IMG/VR virus record: IMGVR_UViG_3300045988_100686
Coordinates: 1 to 64,000 of that record
Source: a virus
Length of the DNA: 64,000 nt
Strand: one strand, 5' to 3'
Shown: in pieces, positions 46,134 through 55,835 of the stretch
Layout: each line of letters begins with the position of its first letter
Position numbering within the stretch: the first letter of the stretch is position 1
Made by a program: the position numbers and the translations under genes
Notes under the pieces: model-generated
Told to the model about the DNA's origin: nothing
Database searches by the model: none
What the model saw: only the letters and a program-made list of their open reading frames with translations

Positions 46134-46647
46134 TCCTAGATCTTTCACTGAACTCACAAACTCTAACGTATCACAAGACAGCTGGATAGATCTGGCAGTA
46201 GAGAAACTCATTGATCCAATGTTTTATACAAAATCAACTGCATATAGTGACAATAGTGATCAATTTCATTCAATCAGGGAACTTGCTCGTCGTAATTTTC
46301 CAAAAGAGTATGAGGCTAATGAGTGGTATGCGATGGCGCACGTTGTAGGAATTCTCGTAGATAAACATCATGTAGCATTAGCAAAGACACCAGATGTCTA
46401 CGAAAACCGTGATCGTGCAGTGGATTGCGTTGTATACGAATTTTTTAGACTGCGTTTCATTCTTCTAGGGAATGAACTTGAAAAATCACATACTCTAGAG
46501 CAGATTCAAGAAAAATGCCAAATGAGTAAAATGGAATCAGAAAAACTACAAGGAGCAGTAGTACATGAATGTTCAAAATGCAACTGCAAAGGAAACAATA
46601 GAAAACTATCTTTCGATTACTTGGCTAATAAAGAATCCAAAGATTAG
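46105..46647 (+). CDS. hypothetical protein
   Basis: Track ORF; start uncertain. Confidence 0.45.
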   Translation: MKGLKKMMTDPRSFTELTNSNVSQDSWIDLAVEKLIDPMFYTKSTAYSDNSDQFHSIRELARRNFPKEYEANEWYAMAHVVGILVDKHHVALAKTPDVYENRDRAVDCVVYEFFRLRFILLGNELEKSHTLEQIQEKCQMSKMESEKLQGAVVHECSKCNCKGNNRKLSFDYLANKESKD

Positions 46648-47167
46648 AGAGTTTACACAGAGATTTATCCAAGAAAAAGTCCCAGATTACTTCATGTGGA
46701 TACCTGCTAGTGCATCAGGAAAATACCATCCTATGGATTCTCTCGGAGATGGTGGTCTAGTAAGACATTCTATGTCAGTAGCAATCGTAGCTCAAGCAAT
46801 TTGTGAACTTGAATATCTACAAGTTACCCCAGTTGATAAAAGTTTTATTCTTGCTGCATGTTTGCTTCATGATACCTTTAAACAAGGAAGATCTGAATCA
46901 GGAACTACAGTTAGGACTCACCCCAACATTGCTGCTCAAGAAATATATAATTTTGGCAAAGAAATTGGGGAAGAAAAGATTGGGAAATCAATAGCTACAC
47001 TTGTGGTATCACATATGGGACAATGGGGGAATCAGAAACCAGGTTCCCGTGTGCAATTTCTTGTGCATCTTGCAGACTTCATCTCAAGTAGACGCTGGGT
47101 AACAATTGATTACACAGATACTATTGAGAGAGCGAAGCGAGCAAAGGAAGCACTGAATCACAAATAA
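46565..47167 (+). CDS. HD-domain metal-dependent phosphohydrolase
   Basis: His and HD motifs KYHP, LLHDTFK and VSHMGQW. Confidence 0.65.
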   Translation: MNVQNATAKETIENYLSITWLIKNPKIREFTQRFIQEKVPDYFMWIPASASGKYHPMDSLGDGGLVRHSMSVAIVAQAICELEYLQVTPVDKSFILAACLLHDTFKQGRSESGTTVRTHPNIAAQEIYNFGKEIGEEKIGKSIATLVVSHMGQWGNQKPGSRVQFLVHLADFISSRRWVTIDYTDTIERAKRAKEALNHK

Positions 47168-47185
47168 ATAAAAGAGGTCAAGATT

Positions 47186-48037
47186 ATGAGCGAACACGTT
47201 ATTAATGGCGACCTAGATATGTTACTAGGGGAGGCTAAATACCTCCCCTGGTCTTCTTCTAGGGTAGATACAGCGTGCAGTTGTCTTTACAAGTTTTACA
47301 AGGTTTATATGGAAGGGTACAAGGAAGAGTCATCTGCGCTCACTCTTGGGAGCTTAACACATGAGATACTTGCTAAATCTATAAATGACGGCAGTCCGTC
47401 CATCCTAAAGCTACAGAGTTGGCTACACCAATCATATGAACTTTATAGAGATAAAGATACTACTGGAGAAATTTATTCTGAAGTAGATAGATTTCTTCAA
47501 TATATAATGGAGTTCACAATTAAATGGAAAAATTTCTTATCACAAGAGGGAATCCCTGAAGATCACGTGGAAGAGCCATATGGCTTAACTCAGAGATGTG
47601 GTGCAGCCCCATATATTCCAACAGAAGCTAATTCTACATACTTCCGAGGAATTGTAGACTTATGGGCATATGATCCAAATAAATGTATACTGTATATTGT
47701 AGATCATAAGACAAATAAGTCAGCACTTTCTAAACAGCGAGTCAAAGAACATCCGCAGCTAAATCTTTATACAATGATGCTAACAAGCATTTTTCAATTA
47801 CCATGGAGGAAAGCGGTTGTAGGCTTAAACTTCATTCGTAAGGAAAAGGTTGTATGGAACACTATATATCCTAAAGAAGCAGAAGAGTTTCGAGATAAAT
47901 ATTGGAATACACTGAAATATTTAGAATATAAATTGTGGGAAGCAGAAAGTGATATGGTTTGGCCCGCAACACGGTCATTTAAATGTAACTGGTGTACATT
48001 TAAAAGCTCTTGCAATTCGTACTTGAATAAAGTATAA
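47186..48037 (+). CDS. Cas4/RecB-like PD-(D/E)xK exonuclease with Fe-S Cys cluster
   Basis: GIVDLWAYD...YIVDHKTNKS core. Cys at the N-terminus (CSCLYKFY) plus C-terminal CNWCTFKSSC. Confidence 0.65.
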   Translation: MSEHVINGDLDMLLGEAKYLPWSSSRVDTACSCLYKFYKVYMEGYKEESSALTLGSLTHEILAKSINDGSPSILKLQSWLHQSYELYRDKDTTGEIYSEVDRFLQYIMEFTIKWKNFLSQEGIPEDHVEEPYGLTQRCGAAPYIPTEANSTYFRGIVDLWAYDPNKCILYIVDHKTNKSALSKQRVKEHPQLNLYTMMLTSIFQLPWRKAVVGLNFIRKEKVVWNTIYPKEAEEFRDKYWNTLKYLEYKLWEAESDMVWPATRSFKCNWCTFKSSCNSYLNKV

Positions 48038-48072
48038 TAGAATTGCAGACTAAAAAGAAAGGTTGTGAGCAT

Positions 48073-51000
48073 ATGTTAGTAGAAGCTTTTGAAACCGCTT
48101 TTCCCAACCATGATTTTGGATGGCGGCAAAGCGGATCAAGTGCTCTTGGATTTTGCCCTTTTCATAATGATAAGCATCAACGTTCATTAAGCGTTTATCT
48201 CAATGACATGGGAGAAGAACGTTGGCATTGTTTTGCTGAGTCTATTGGAGGTGGGCTCATTGAAATTATCAAGCGTTCAGGGCTTCCAGAGACATCATCC
48301 ACCGAGGGCGCAAACTACTGGTTGGTGCAACATGGTTTTATTCAAGAAACCGAGCAACAAGTAGCTGCAAGTAAACGTAATCGTGCACTACGTGAATTCC
48401 TAGAGTGGACCAACAAATTATTAATGGAGTCTGAGGATGCTGCCGGGCTTCGTTCATATATAGCAAGTAGACATATTGATGTTCGTACTATTCCTATGGC
48501 ACCTATTGGATTCTACCCTACTGTATCTGAGGTCGAGTCCTGGTTATCAGAACATAACTACTATGAGTTACTAGAACCTGAGTTAATACCAGAACGCAGG
48601 CACGAACCTCTTGTAACAGGGTCTCTACTTATGTTTTACCGTCATTCCTATGAAGAATTTGGTAGAATAAAGATTCGCAATGTATTCAAGGAGAAGGATG
48701 GGAATAAAGTCACTATGTTTCTTGGGCGTAAAACTTCTAAGAAAGAGAGCGCTGGTTATTTCAGTTGGAACATGCATGGTAGCCCATCTGAAGATGCTAT
48801 TCTTGTAGAAGGAGAGTTTGACGTAGGCGCTCTTACTAGTATGGTATATACATATGATGATACTGCGGTTGAGCCAATATACTGCTTTAGTGGCGGTGGA
48901 AACCTAAACTACGGCATAGGAATCTTGACTAACATGGGTAAAAAGAACCTCTACGTAATGCCGGATAACGACGACGCAGGAATGGATTACGCATATAAAT
49001 TGGCTGACGCATTCCCACAAACTTTTATAATAGTTCCCCATGACTACAAGGAAAAGGACGATCCTGCATCTTGGGCTGCAGATCATACTTTTGATGACTT
49101 ACAGGCAGCATATAACGCAAGAACACCTGCTTTTAGCTGGATTGGTACTCGACTCGCAGATTCTGCTAAAGACGCAACAATAGAAGAACAGTCAACAATT
49201 AAAACTAAGTTGATTAAGTATGCAAAGAAGCTGCGTCCGATTGACCGTGAACTGTTTTTGAAGAGCTATGGAGCCATCTCTGGAGTATCTTTACCTGCAC
49301 TTATTGAAGAAGTAGAAGATAGTTCTGAAGTTAGGTACAGAAAGGTACTCAATGAAATGGGCTACGGAATTCAGATGCGGGTAGAGACTAAAAATAGTAT
49401 AAATTGGGAACAGATTTCTAACATCATAATGGAAACTGAACGTGATATACTATTAGATGCTGGTGATGACGACGTAGAACGTAAGATTGTTCTACGTGTA
49501 TCCTTGGCTTCCAGGTCAGAGCGACTAGAACTTAGTCCTGAAGAATATGCAGATGATAAGAAGCTGTACTCTTCTGTAGTAACCCTATTAGGATCCCGTG
49601 TATGGGTAAAGCCAAGATGCATGAGTTATATGCGTGAATCTTGCAACTTACTTTCTAGAAATCATCTTCAAGATATTCCAGAGGAAATGATTTACACACA
49701 TACCGGGTGGCGTGGGGACCGATATATTTCCCCAACAGGATTTATCAATGCAGAGGGGTTTCATAAGCTAAATGACATCAAGGTGGAACTCCCTGATAAC
49801 CCAGCTTATATGCGTAATTATTACCTTGATGATCCACCTGCAGACTTGGAGTTTGTAAAGAATCTAATTAGGGAAGAAATTCTTAAGGTATTTCCATATC
49901 AAGTAACCTTACCTTACTTGGCACATATCTTTTGGTCACCATTAGCTCATTTTGTTCCCATGGCTAAACCTGTATGTCTTTGGGTAGTAGGCTTAACAGG
50001 AAGTTTCAAAACAAGTTATACGGGTCTTATGGCTAGCTTTTTTGGAAACTTTAAAACTGGCGACTTTGAGACATGGAGATCAACAACTAATGCTATTGAG
50101 AAAAATGGCTATTTTGTCAAAGACATGCCATATGTAGTTGATGATTACAAGGGCGTAGACATCAATCCCAAGGCTCTTACAAGCTGTATTCAGAACTATG
50201 GTGACCGTCATGGCCGTGGCCGTATGCGTGCAGATTTAAACATTGGCAAAACTTGGTATATCCGTGGAAACATGATTTCCACAGCAGAAGATATTCCACA
50301 GGGTGAGGCTTCTGTACTTTCTCGTATACTCCTGCTTAAAATACCTGGACGAGGAAATTCTGAGCATCTTACCAGGGCGCAAGCAAATGCTAATTTACTA
50401 CCAGGACTCATGAGTAAGTATATTCAGTTTCTTTGTCAACGTAAACTTCGTGAGCATGACTATGAACTTCTTCTTGCAGAAAGACGTTCTAAATACAAGG
50501 CATTTCATGGTCGTGTATCTGAATCTCTGGCTGCTAACTCTATCGCATGGGATGCAGTAGCGGAGTTTCTAGGCTTAGAAGACTTACAGTCAGAATATGA
50601 TTTTGCGATTGAGGAAATATTGCACACAATGAACATGTCTACTCGTGATGAACAAGCTGGATTTGTTTTTATTTCCACACTAACAGAGTTGCTTCAGTCT
50701 GGACAGTGCTATCTTGAAGGTTACAATGGAATGGACGATACAGAGCACCCAGAAAACGCTAAGAGAATTGGTTGGATAACACCATCAGAGGTATACTTGT
50801 TGGGAAGCCTTGCATTGGCAGAAGTTAACAAATTCCGTATCTCAGTAAACGGAGTTGGACTAAAGTACTCTACAAGTGCTATTTATGACCAGTTAATCCA
50901 CGCAGGACAAGTAAAACCTGCTAAAAATGGTGGACCAACTAATATTGTAAAGATTAATAAACAATCTGTACGTGTTCTAAAGTTCAGAAGGGGGGTTCTA

Positions 51001-51096
51001 GAGCATTACGATGAAGCACCTACAAATTCTATCCAACTTGATTCCGCTGTCATTCGGGATCAGCAGGAAGGCACTGAGAAAAACGACCTCTGGTAA
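48073..51096 (+). CDS. DnaG-type DNA primase (CHC2 zinc finger plus Toprim) fused to a large C-terminal domain with a degenerate P-loop
   Basis: CPFHNDKHQRSLSV zinc-binding motif. Toprim LVEGEFDVGAL and MPDNDDAG. Downstream GLTGSFKTS. ATG at 48073; the track start is TTG at 48043. Confidence 0.7.
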   Translation: MLVEAFETAFPNHDFGWRQSGSSALGFCPFHNDKHQRSLSVYLNDMGEERWHCFAESIGGGLIEIIKRSGLPETSSTEGANYWLVQHGFIQETEQQVAASKRNRALREFLEWTNKLLMESEDAAGLRSYIASRHIDVRTIPMAPIGFYPTVSEVESWLSEHNYYELLEPELIPERRHEPLVTGSLLMFYRHSYEEFGRIKIRNVFKEKDGNKVTMFLGRKTSKKESAGYFSWNMHGSPSEDAILVEGEFDVGALTSMVYTYDDTAVEPIYCFSGGGNLNYGIGILTNMGKKNLYVMPDNDDAGMDYAYKLADAFPQTFIIVPHDYKEKDDPASWAADHTFDDLQAAYNARTPAFSWIGTRLADSAKDATIEEQSTIKTKLIKYAKKLRPIDRELFLKSYGAISGVSLPALIEEVEDSSEVRYRKVLNEMGYGIQMRVETKNSINWEQISNIIMETERDILLDAGDDDVERKIVLRVSLASRSERLELSPEEYADDKKLYSSVVTLLGSRVWVKPRCMSYMRESCNLLSRNHLQDIPEEMIYTHTGWRGDRYISPTGFINAEGFHKLNDIKVELPDNPAYMRNYYLDDPPADLEFVKNLIREEILKVFPYQVTLPYLAHIFWSPLAHFVPMAKPVCLWVVGLTGSFKTSYTGLMASFFGNFKTGDFETWRSTTNAIEKNGYFVKDMPYVVDDYKGVDINPKALTSCIQNYGDRHGRGRMRADLNIGKTWYIRGNMISTAEDIPQGEASVLSRILLLKIPGRGNSEHLTRAQANANLLPGLMSKYIQFLCQRKLREHDYELLLAERRSKYKAFHGRVSESLAANSIAWDAVAEFLGLEDLQSEYDFAIEEILHTMNMSTRDEQAGFVFISTLTELLQSGQCYLEGYNGMDDTEHPENAKRIGWITPSEVYLLGSLALAEVNKFRISVNGVGLKYSTSAIYDQLIHAGQVKPAKNGGPTNIVKINKQSVRVLKFRRGVLEHYDEAPTNSIQLDSAVIRDQQEGTEKNDLW

Positions 51097-53803
51097 CGGA
51101 GATGTTGAACCAGATTTAACACAACTTACCAGTGATGTGATTCCTGCTTTCCATTGCAATAAATGTACTCTGCATAATCAAAGTTCTCCATGCTTTACCT
51201 CTGATAGACTACTATTGACGGGTAAGCATAGAGAATCTGATACAGAACGAATTATTATGTTGATTACAGGTGCTCCAGTTTCTGACAACGCCCTGGTTTC
51301 TAAGGAAGCCAGGGACCTTATTAGGAGTTGGACGCGAGAACATATTACTGCTAACAAAGTGTATTTAACCTCAGTAGTAAAATGTCCGCATACTAAAGAC
51401 CCAACAAAGTTAATGATTCAGTGTTGTGAAGAAAGACTTCGGCAAGAACTTCTTAACATCCAGCCTGACGTCATTATTTGCATGGGAAAGGCAGCAGCAG
51501 TACCTTTCAATCTTGGCGGAAAGATGACAGAGCTGCTAAACAGAGTTATGACGGTAAAGCCTTTGACTTATTCATTCAGTGCTCCAGGTAAAGACACTAA
51601 ACGCATTGTAACTAGAGAAGCCAAAATTATAGTCACCTATGATCCTGTAAAGTTTGTGAGTGACATCAAGGTACGAAGTGCCGTGGAAGCTTGTTTCAGA
51701 CAGGCAGAAAGGCTATCACTAGGTGCTACAATTAAACCACCAGATAAATACTATCTCATTGAGTCCCCTAGAGAGTTTGAGGACTGGGTTGAAAGGCACC
51801 TCACAGATGAGCGACTAAATAAACGTGTACACGCGTTCGATATTGAGACAAATGGTCGTTCAATTCATCCAAAAACTGAATTTGATGCTCAATATCCTCC
51901 AAAGCTACGTTGTGTAAGCTTCTCTTGGGGACCAGGCATGGCTATTTGTGTACCTTATGAGAATGACCCAGCATATCATGTACCCCTAAAAAGATTTATG
52001 GAATCTGGTATTCAATTTACAGGGCATAACGTGGCATTCGATATTTTCTTTTTAAAACTTGTCAATGATATTCATACAAAGCACTTATCCGGAGATACGA
52101 TGCTTATGGCAGCGATGCTAAACCCTGGTAAAGGTAAGTATGGATATGGCTTAAAACCCTTAGCTGCAGAATGGACAGACCTTGGTGGCTACGAAACTGA
52201 TATGAAATCCACTCCAGATACTCTGGATGAACAGGGACGAATAACTGAGACCAAGTGGGAAAAAGTAGACATGGATGTTATGGCACCCTATAACTGTGCT
52301 GACGCTGATGCTACCTTGCAAATTTATCATATCTTTATGGGCTTCTTTAAAGAACGCAAAATGCTTCCCGCTCATTGGGTTATGACTCATGCATTGTTTC
52401 CGTTAGCAGAAATGGAGCACAATGGGTTCCTTGTTGACAGGAACTGGGTAGATACTAGCCGTAAAAAGATCGAAGACATTGTTGTACGGTATGAACAGCA
52501 ACTAAAAGAACTTTGCGGTGGTAAGGAGTACCTATGGTCATCTCCCGATGCTCTGAGTATGGTCATGTACGATGAGTTTAAGTACCCAGTTCCTAACCTA
52601 GATCCTTTCGCTGTCGGTAGATCTGATGAAGATGATTCCTCTGACTCAAGCAGACCTACAAATGATGCAGCTTTATCCATTATCAATACTCCGTTTACAC
52701 AGACGATTCGTAAATACCGTCGTGCAACAAAATTATTATCCACGTTTTTTAATGGATATCTTGTTCATACAGGATTAGACAATAGACTACGTGCAGACTT
52801 TAATCTTGTTGGTACGGTCACAGGAAGACTTTCGTCATCTGGGGATGCTAACCTTCAAAACATCCCGTCAGGTATGCCGTCTACAGCACCTGGTTATGAA
52901 GAACTCCATGAGTTCAAAGTTAAGAAAGCCTTTATTCCTCGCCCTGGGTGGAAGATAGTAAACGCAGACCAATCGCAGTTGGAACTTCGTATAGCTGGAG
53001 CTGTGTCTAACGAGGAACTGTTCATCAAGTCCTATAAAAACCAGATAGACATGCATTCACGTAATGCAAAAGTATCCTTTGGATTACAAGTAGATCAACG
53101 AGAATATGAAGCTGAAGCTTTAGCAAAAGGATTTCTACGTGGATCAGAGGACTTCAATGTTTACGTGGAACGTGCAGTATGTAAGTATATCAAAAAGCAC
53201 TACCCTGAAGAACGGCAAGCAGCAAAGACTGTATCCTTTGGTATTCTTTATGGAATGTCTAAATGGGGATTGGCACAGTCACTCAATGCTGATGGCCGTG
53301 ATGCAGGTAGTACACGTATTTGGACTCCAGATGAATGCCAGCAGTTAATTTCTAAGTTTAAGCTTGGATATCCAACTTTAACTCGTTGGCAAGCAGGGTT
53401 GATTCAGTTTGCACATAAAAACGGATATACGTATACGGTGTTTGGCCGTCGTCGTTACCTGCCTGATATAAATTCAGCAGATAGACAGCTAAAAGGCAGA
53501 GCAGAGCGTGCAGCTATTAATACACCAGTACAATCAGCAGGTTCTGATTTCATGATGTCTGGCGTATATCAGATGTATAAAGAACTGGATTATACTAAGT
53601 ATCGTTTCTGTGCTACTGTGCATGATTCCATAGTCTGTGAAGTTCAGGAAGACTATATTCCTGAGTTTTGTAAAATTTCTAAGCAATGCTTGGAGCATCC
53701 ACACATAGGTAATACTGAGATTCCACTGTGCAGTGTAATGCCGTTCATTGCAGAGTTTGAAGTTGGTAATTCTTATGGTACTATGGAAGGCTATGAAGTA
53801 TAA
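51011..53803 (+). CDS. polA: family A DNA polymerase with N-terminal UDG (family 4)-like domain and 3'-5' exonuclease
   Basis: N-terminal C-x2-C...LITGAPVSDNA...VVKC (UDG-like, degenerate). Exonuclease motifs FDIETNG and YNCADADA. Polymerase motifs RLSSSGDANLQNIP, DQSQLELRIAG, RQAAKTVSFGILYG and VHDSIVCEV. The first in-frame ATG at 51011 overlaps the primase by 86 nt, so the start is uncertain. Confidence 0.8.
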   Translation: MKHLQILSNLIPLSFGISRKALRKTTSGNGDVEPDLTQLTSDVIPAFHCNKCTLHNQSSPCFTSDRLLLTGKHRESDTERIIMLITGAPVSDNALVSKEARDLIRSWTREHITANKVYLTSVVKCPHTKDPTKLMIQCCEERLRQELLNIQPDVIICMGKAAAVPFNLGGKMTELLNRVMTVKPLTYSFSAPGKDTKRIVTREAKIIVTYDPVKFVSDIKVRSAVEACFRQAERLSLGATIKPPDKYYLIESPREFEDWVERHLTDERLNKRVHAFDIETNGRSIHPKTEFDAQYPPKLRCVSFSWGPGMAICVPYENDPAYHVPLKRFMESGIQFTGHNVAFDIFFLKLVNDIHTKHLSGDTMLMAAMLNPGKGKYGYGLKPLAAEWTDLGGYETDMKSTPDTLDEQGRITETKWEKVDMDVMAPYNCADADATLQIYHIFMGFFKERKMLPAHWVMTHALFPLAEMEHNGFLVDRNWVDTSRKKIEDIVVRYEQQLKELCGGKEYLWSSPDALSMVMYDEFKYPVPNLDPFAVGRSDEDDSSDSSRPTNDAALSIINTPFTQTIRKYRRATKLLSTFFNGYLVHTGLDNRLRADFNLVGTVTGRLSSSGDANLQNIPSGMPSTAPGYEELHEFKVKKAFIPRPGWKIVNADQSQLELRIAGAVSNEELFIKSYKNQIDMHSRNAKVSFGLQVDQREYEAEALAKGFLRGSEDFNVYVERAVCKYIKKHYPEERQAAKTVSFGILYGMSKWGLAQSLNADGRDAGSTRIWTPDECQQLISKFKLGYPTLTRWQAGLIQFAHKNGYTYTVFGRRRYLPDINSADRQLKGRAERAAINTPVQSAGSDFMMSGVYQMYKELDYTKYRFCATVHDSIVCEVQEDYIPEFCKISKQCLEHPHIGNTEIPLCSVMPFIAEFEVGNSYGTMEGYEV

Positions 53804-53822
53804 AAGAAAGGAATGAGGAACA

Positions 53823-54551
53823 ATGGCTAACGAAATTCAAATATTTAGCAATGAAACATTTGGACAGTTAAGAACTATCAAGATAAACGGAGAGATATGG
53901 TTTGTAGCAAAAGATGTCTGTGATGCGTTAGAGATTAAAAATTCCAGGGATGCCTTAACAAGACTTGATGCTGATGAAAAGAATACCGTAGTTTTAACCG
54001 ACGGTATTGGAAATCCTAACAAATCCGTAGTAAATGAGTATGGACTATATACATTAGTGCTTTCAAGCCGTAAGCCTGAGGCAAAAACATTTAAACGTTG
54101 GGTTACTCATGATGTGTTGCCATCTATACGTAAAACTGGGCAATACAGTAATTTGCCTCAGGATTATTTAAGTGCACTGAAAGCACTTGTTGCTAGTGAA
54201 GAAGCTAAACAGAAAGCAGAGTTGGAACTCGCCATTGCACAGCCTAAAGCCAACTACACGGACAATGTTCTTTCCTCTGAAGGCTACATGACTGCGACCC
54301 AGATTGCTAAAGATTATGGAAAGTCTGCAAAGTGGTTAAACAAACTGCTTCATGTGGAAGAAATTCAGTATAAGAGTGGCAACCAATGGATTCTTTATGC
54401 TAAGTATGCTGACAAGGGATATACTGTGTCTGGTACTTGTGTTGTATGTGATAATTCCTACGTATCTACCTATTGGACTCAGGAGGGACGCAAGTTTATA
54501 TATGATCTTATTAAAGATAAATATGGTTTGACTCCGAGAAACGAGGAGTAA
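53823..54551 (+). CDS. Bro-N domain protein, second paralog
   Basis: TFGQLRTIKINGEIWFVAKDVCDAL...FKRWVTHDVLPSIRKTG. Confidence 0.7.
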   Translation: MANEIQIFSNETFGQLRTIKINGEIWFVAKDVCDALEIKNSRDALTRLDADEKNTVVLTDGIGNPNKSVVNEYGLYTLVLSSRKPEAKTFKRWVTHDVLPSIRKTGQYSNLPQDYLSALKALVASEEAKQKAELELAIAQPKANYTDNVLSSEGYMTATQIAKDYGKSAKWLNKLLHVEEIQYKSGNQWILYAKYADKGYTVSGTCVVCDNSYVSTYWTQEGRKFIYDLIKDKYGLTPRNEE

Positions 54552-54562
54552 GTAGTTTTGTC

Positions 54563-54595
54563 AGAGAGGCGTCATAACGGCGTCTCTCTTTTATT
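54563..54595 (+). terminator. rho-independent terminator
   Basis: 10-bp stem GAGAGGCGTC/GGCGTCTCTC with two G-U pairs, loop ATAAC, then TTTTATT. Confidence 0.75.
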
Positions 54596-54612
54596 ATAAG
54601 GAGGTAATTAAA

Positions 54613-54813
54613 ATGACATTTCAGTACAAACAAGTAACATTTTTAAACAAAAGAGACCCCCGGTTGAGCACAGCTGACCAAGTAATTAAGATCTCTAATG
54701 ATTTATATCTGGTAGCTTGCAATCATACTACTCCGTTATTACAGTCTGCAAGTGAAGTGTGCCAAATAGGTAAACTCCTTGGATTCCTTTCCAAAGGAAA
54801 TATTTCCAAATAG
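54613..54813 (+). CDS. small hypothetical protein
   Basis: AAGGAGG ribosome-binding site. Confidence 0.45.
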   Translation: MTFQYKQVTFLNKRDPRLSTADQVIKISNDLYLVACNHTTPLLQSASEVCQIGKLLGFLSKGNISK

Positions 54814-54824
54814 ATTCCTAAAAT

Positions 54825-54836
54825 TGGTATAAGTAT
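54825..54836 (+). promoter_or_regulatory. extended -10 motif TGGTATAAGTAT (copy 5)
   Basis: Exact motif. The flanking CCTAAAATTGGTATAAGTAT is identical to copy 4 over 20 nt. Confidence 0.45.
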
Positions 54837-54854
54837 ATAAAGGAGGTGACATTG

Positions 54855-55136
54855 ATGGTGCCTAAAAATTTAGATACTATGCGCAGAGAAACGGAGATTG
54901 GACTACACGATCCGCAGGAAATCCAAGATGAATTTATGGTATCTATGCAGAAGCTTACTACTATGCTCCTAGAAGTTAAAACACAGGAACTAGAAGATTC
55001 TCAGCGTACTCTACAAAAATTTAATAAAGATTTTTCACTCCTTCAAGCAATGGAGTACTGGGCATATCTTACTATAGCATTCATTTTGGGTGTTATATCA
55101 GGGATAGGGATTATAAAAACCGTTCTCGAAAAGTAG
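54855..55136 (+). CDS. small protein with C-terminal TM helix (holin-like topology, speculative)
   Basis: ATG at 54855 after AAGGAGGTG; YLTIAFILGVISGIGII. Confidence 0.4.
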   Translation: MVPKNLDTMRRETEIGLHDPQEIQDEFMVSMQKLTTMLLEVKTQELEDSQRTLQKFNKDFSLLQAMEYWAYLTIAFILGVISGIGIIKTVLEK

Positions 55137-55297
55137 TTTAGGTTAAGGAGGTAGGTGAGTGATATGTGGGGAGATCCGGGCTTACTGTTGGTTATGCTAA
55201 GATACCTAAGAATTATGCTGTTATGCATGTGTCTATGTGTATTTATAATAATAGCATTTATCAACTATATTATTGCTAGTTAAAGGAGGTGAGGTTA

Positions 55298-55819
55298 ATG
55301 AATATTGTAGAAGACGTACTTCAAAAGTTGGGTGTGAAAAAGAGAGAAATCTTTACAATTGATGAGTCACGAAGATTACTAATGATTGATACATTTGGAA
55401 CTATATGGACTCCAAAATGTCCAGACAACCCTACAGGTAATTGGGAGACGATTAGCATTGACGTATCAAAATTACTTAGTAGCACTGCATCCATAACGCA
55501 TATTCCTTGGTTGCCGCATACAGGTCAGCCATATTATGCGTTAGTGGATCAGGAGTCTGTGGAACCTGCAAGAACCTATGGTTTTGCGAATAAAACGTAC
55601 CTTTTAATACTTGAGTGTAGATACTGGAAAAATGACATTCTAGAAAGAGCACTGTATAGAATGAATATGGTCTTTCAAACATTTGAAGAGTGTAATGCAG
55701 CCAGGTCAGCATTAATTAAACGGTATCCCAATGTCTATGGCGTTGCAGAGGTGGATAAACGTGCAGATTGCATCGTTAGAGCTGTCCAGGGACACACAGA
55801 TTACATTAAAAAACTCTAA
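55298..55819 (+). CDS. hypothetical protein
   Basis: ATG at 55298 after AAAGGAGGTG. Confidence 0.5.
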   Translation: MNIVEDVLQKLGVKKREIFTIDESRRLLMIDTFGTIWTPKCPDNPTGNWETISIDVSKLLSSTASITHIPWLPHTGQPYYALVDQESVEPARTYGFANKTYLLILECRYWKNDILERALYRMNMVFQTFEECNAARSALIKRYPNVYGVAEVDKRADCIVRAVQGHTDYIKKL

Positions 55820-55835
55820 GGGGTGGAGATAAATC

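Noticed and set aside
51011-53803. Intron or intein interruption of the family A polymerase
   Set aside because: All exonuclease and polymerase motifs occur in order in one continuous 930-aa frame.
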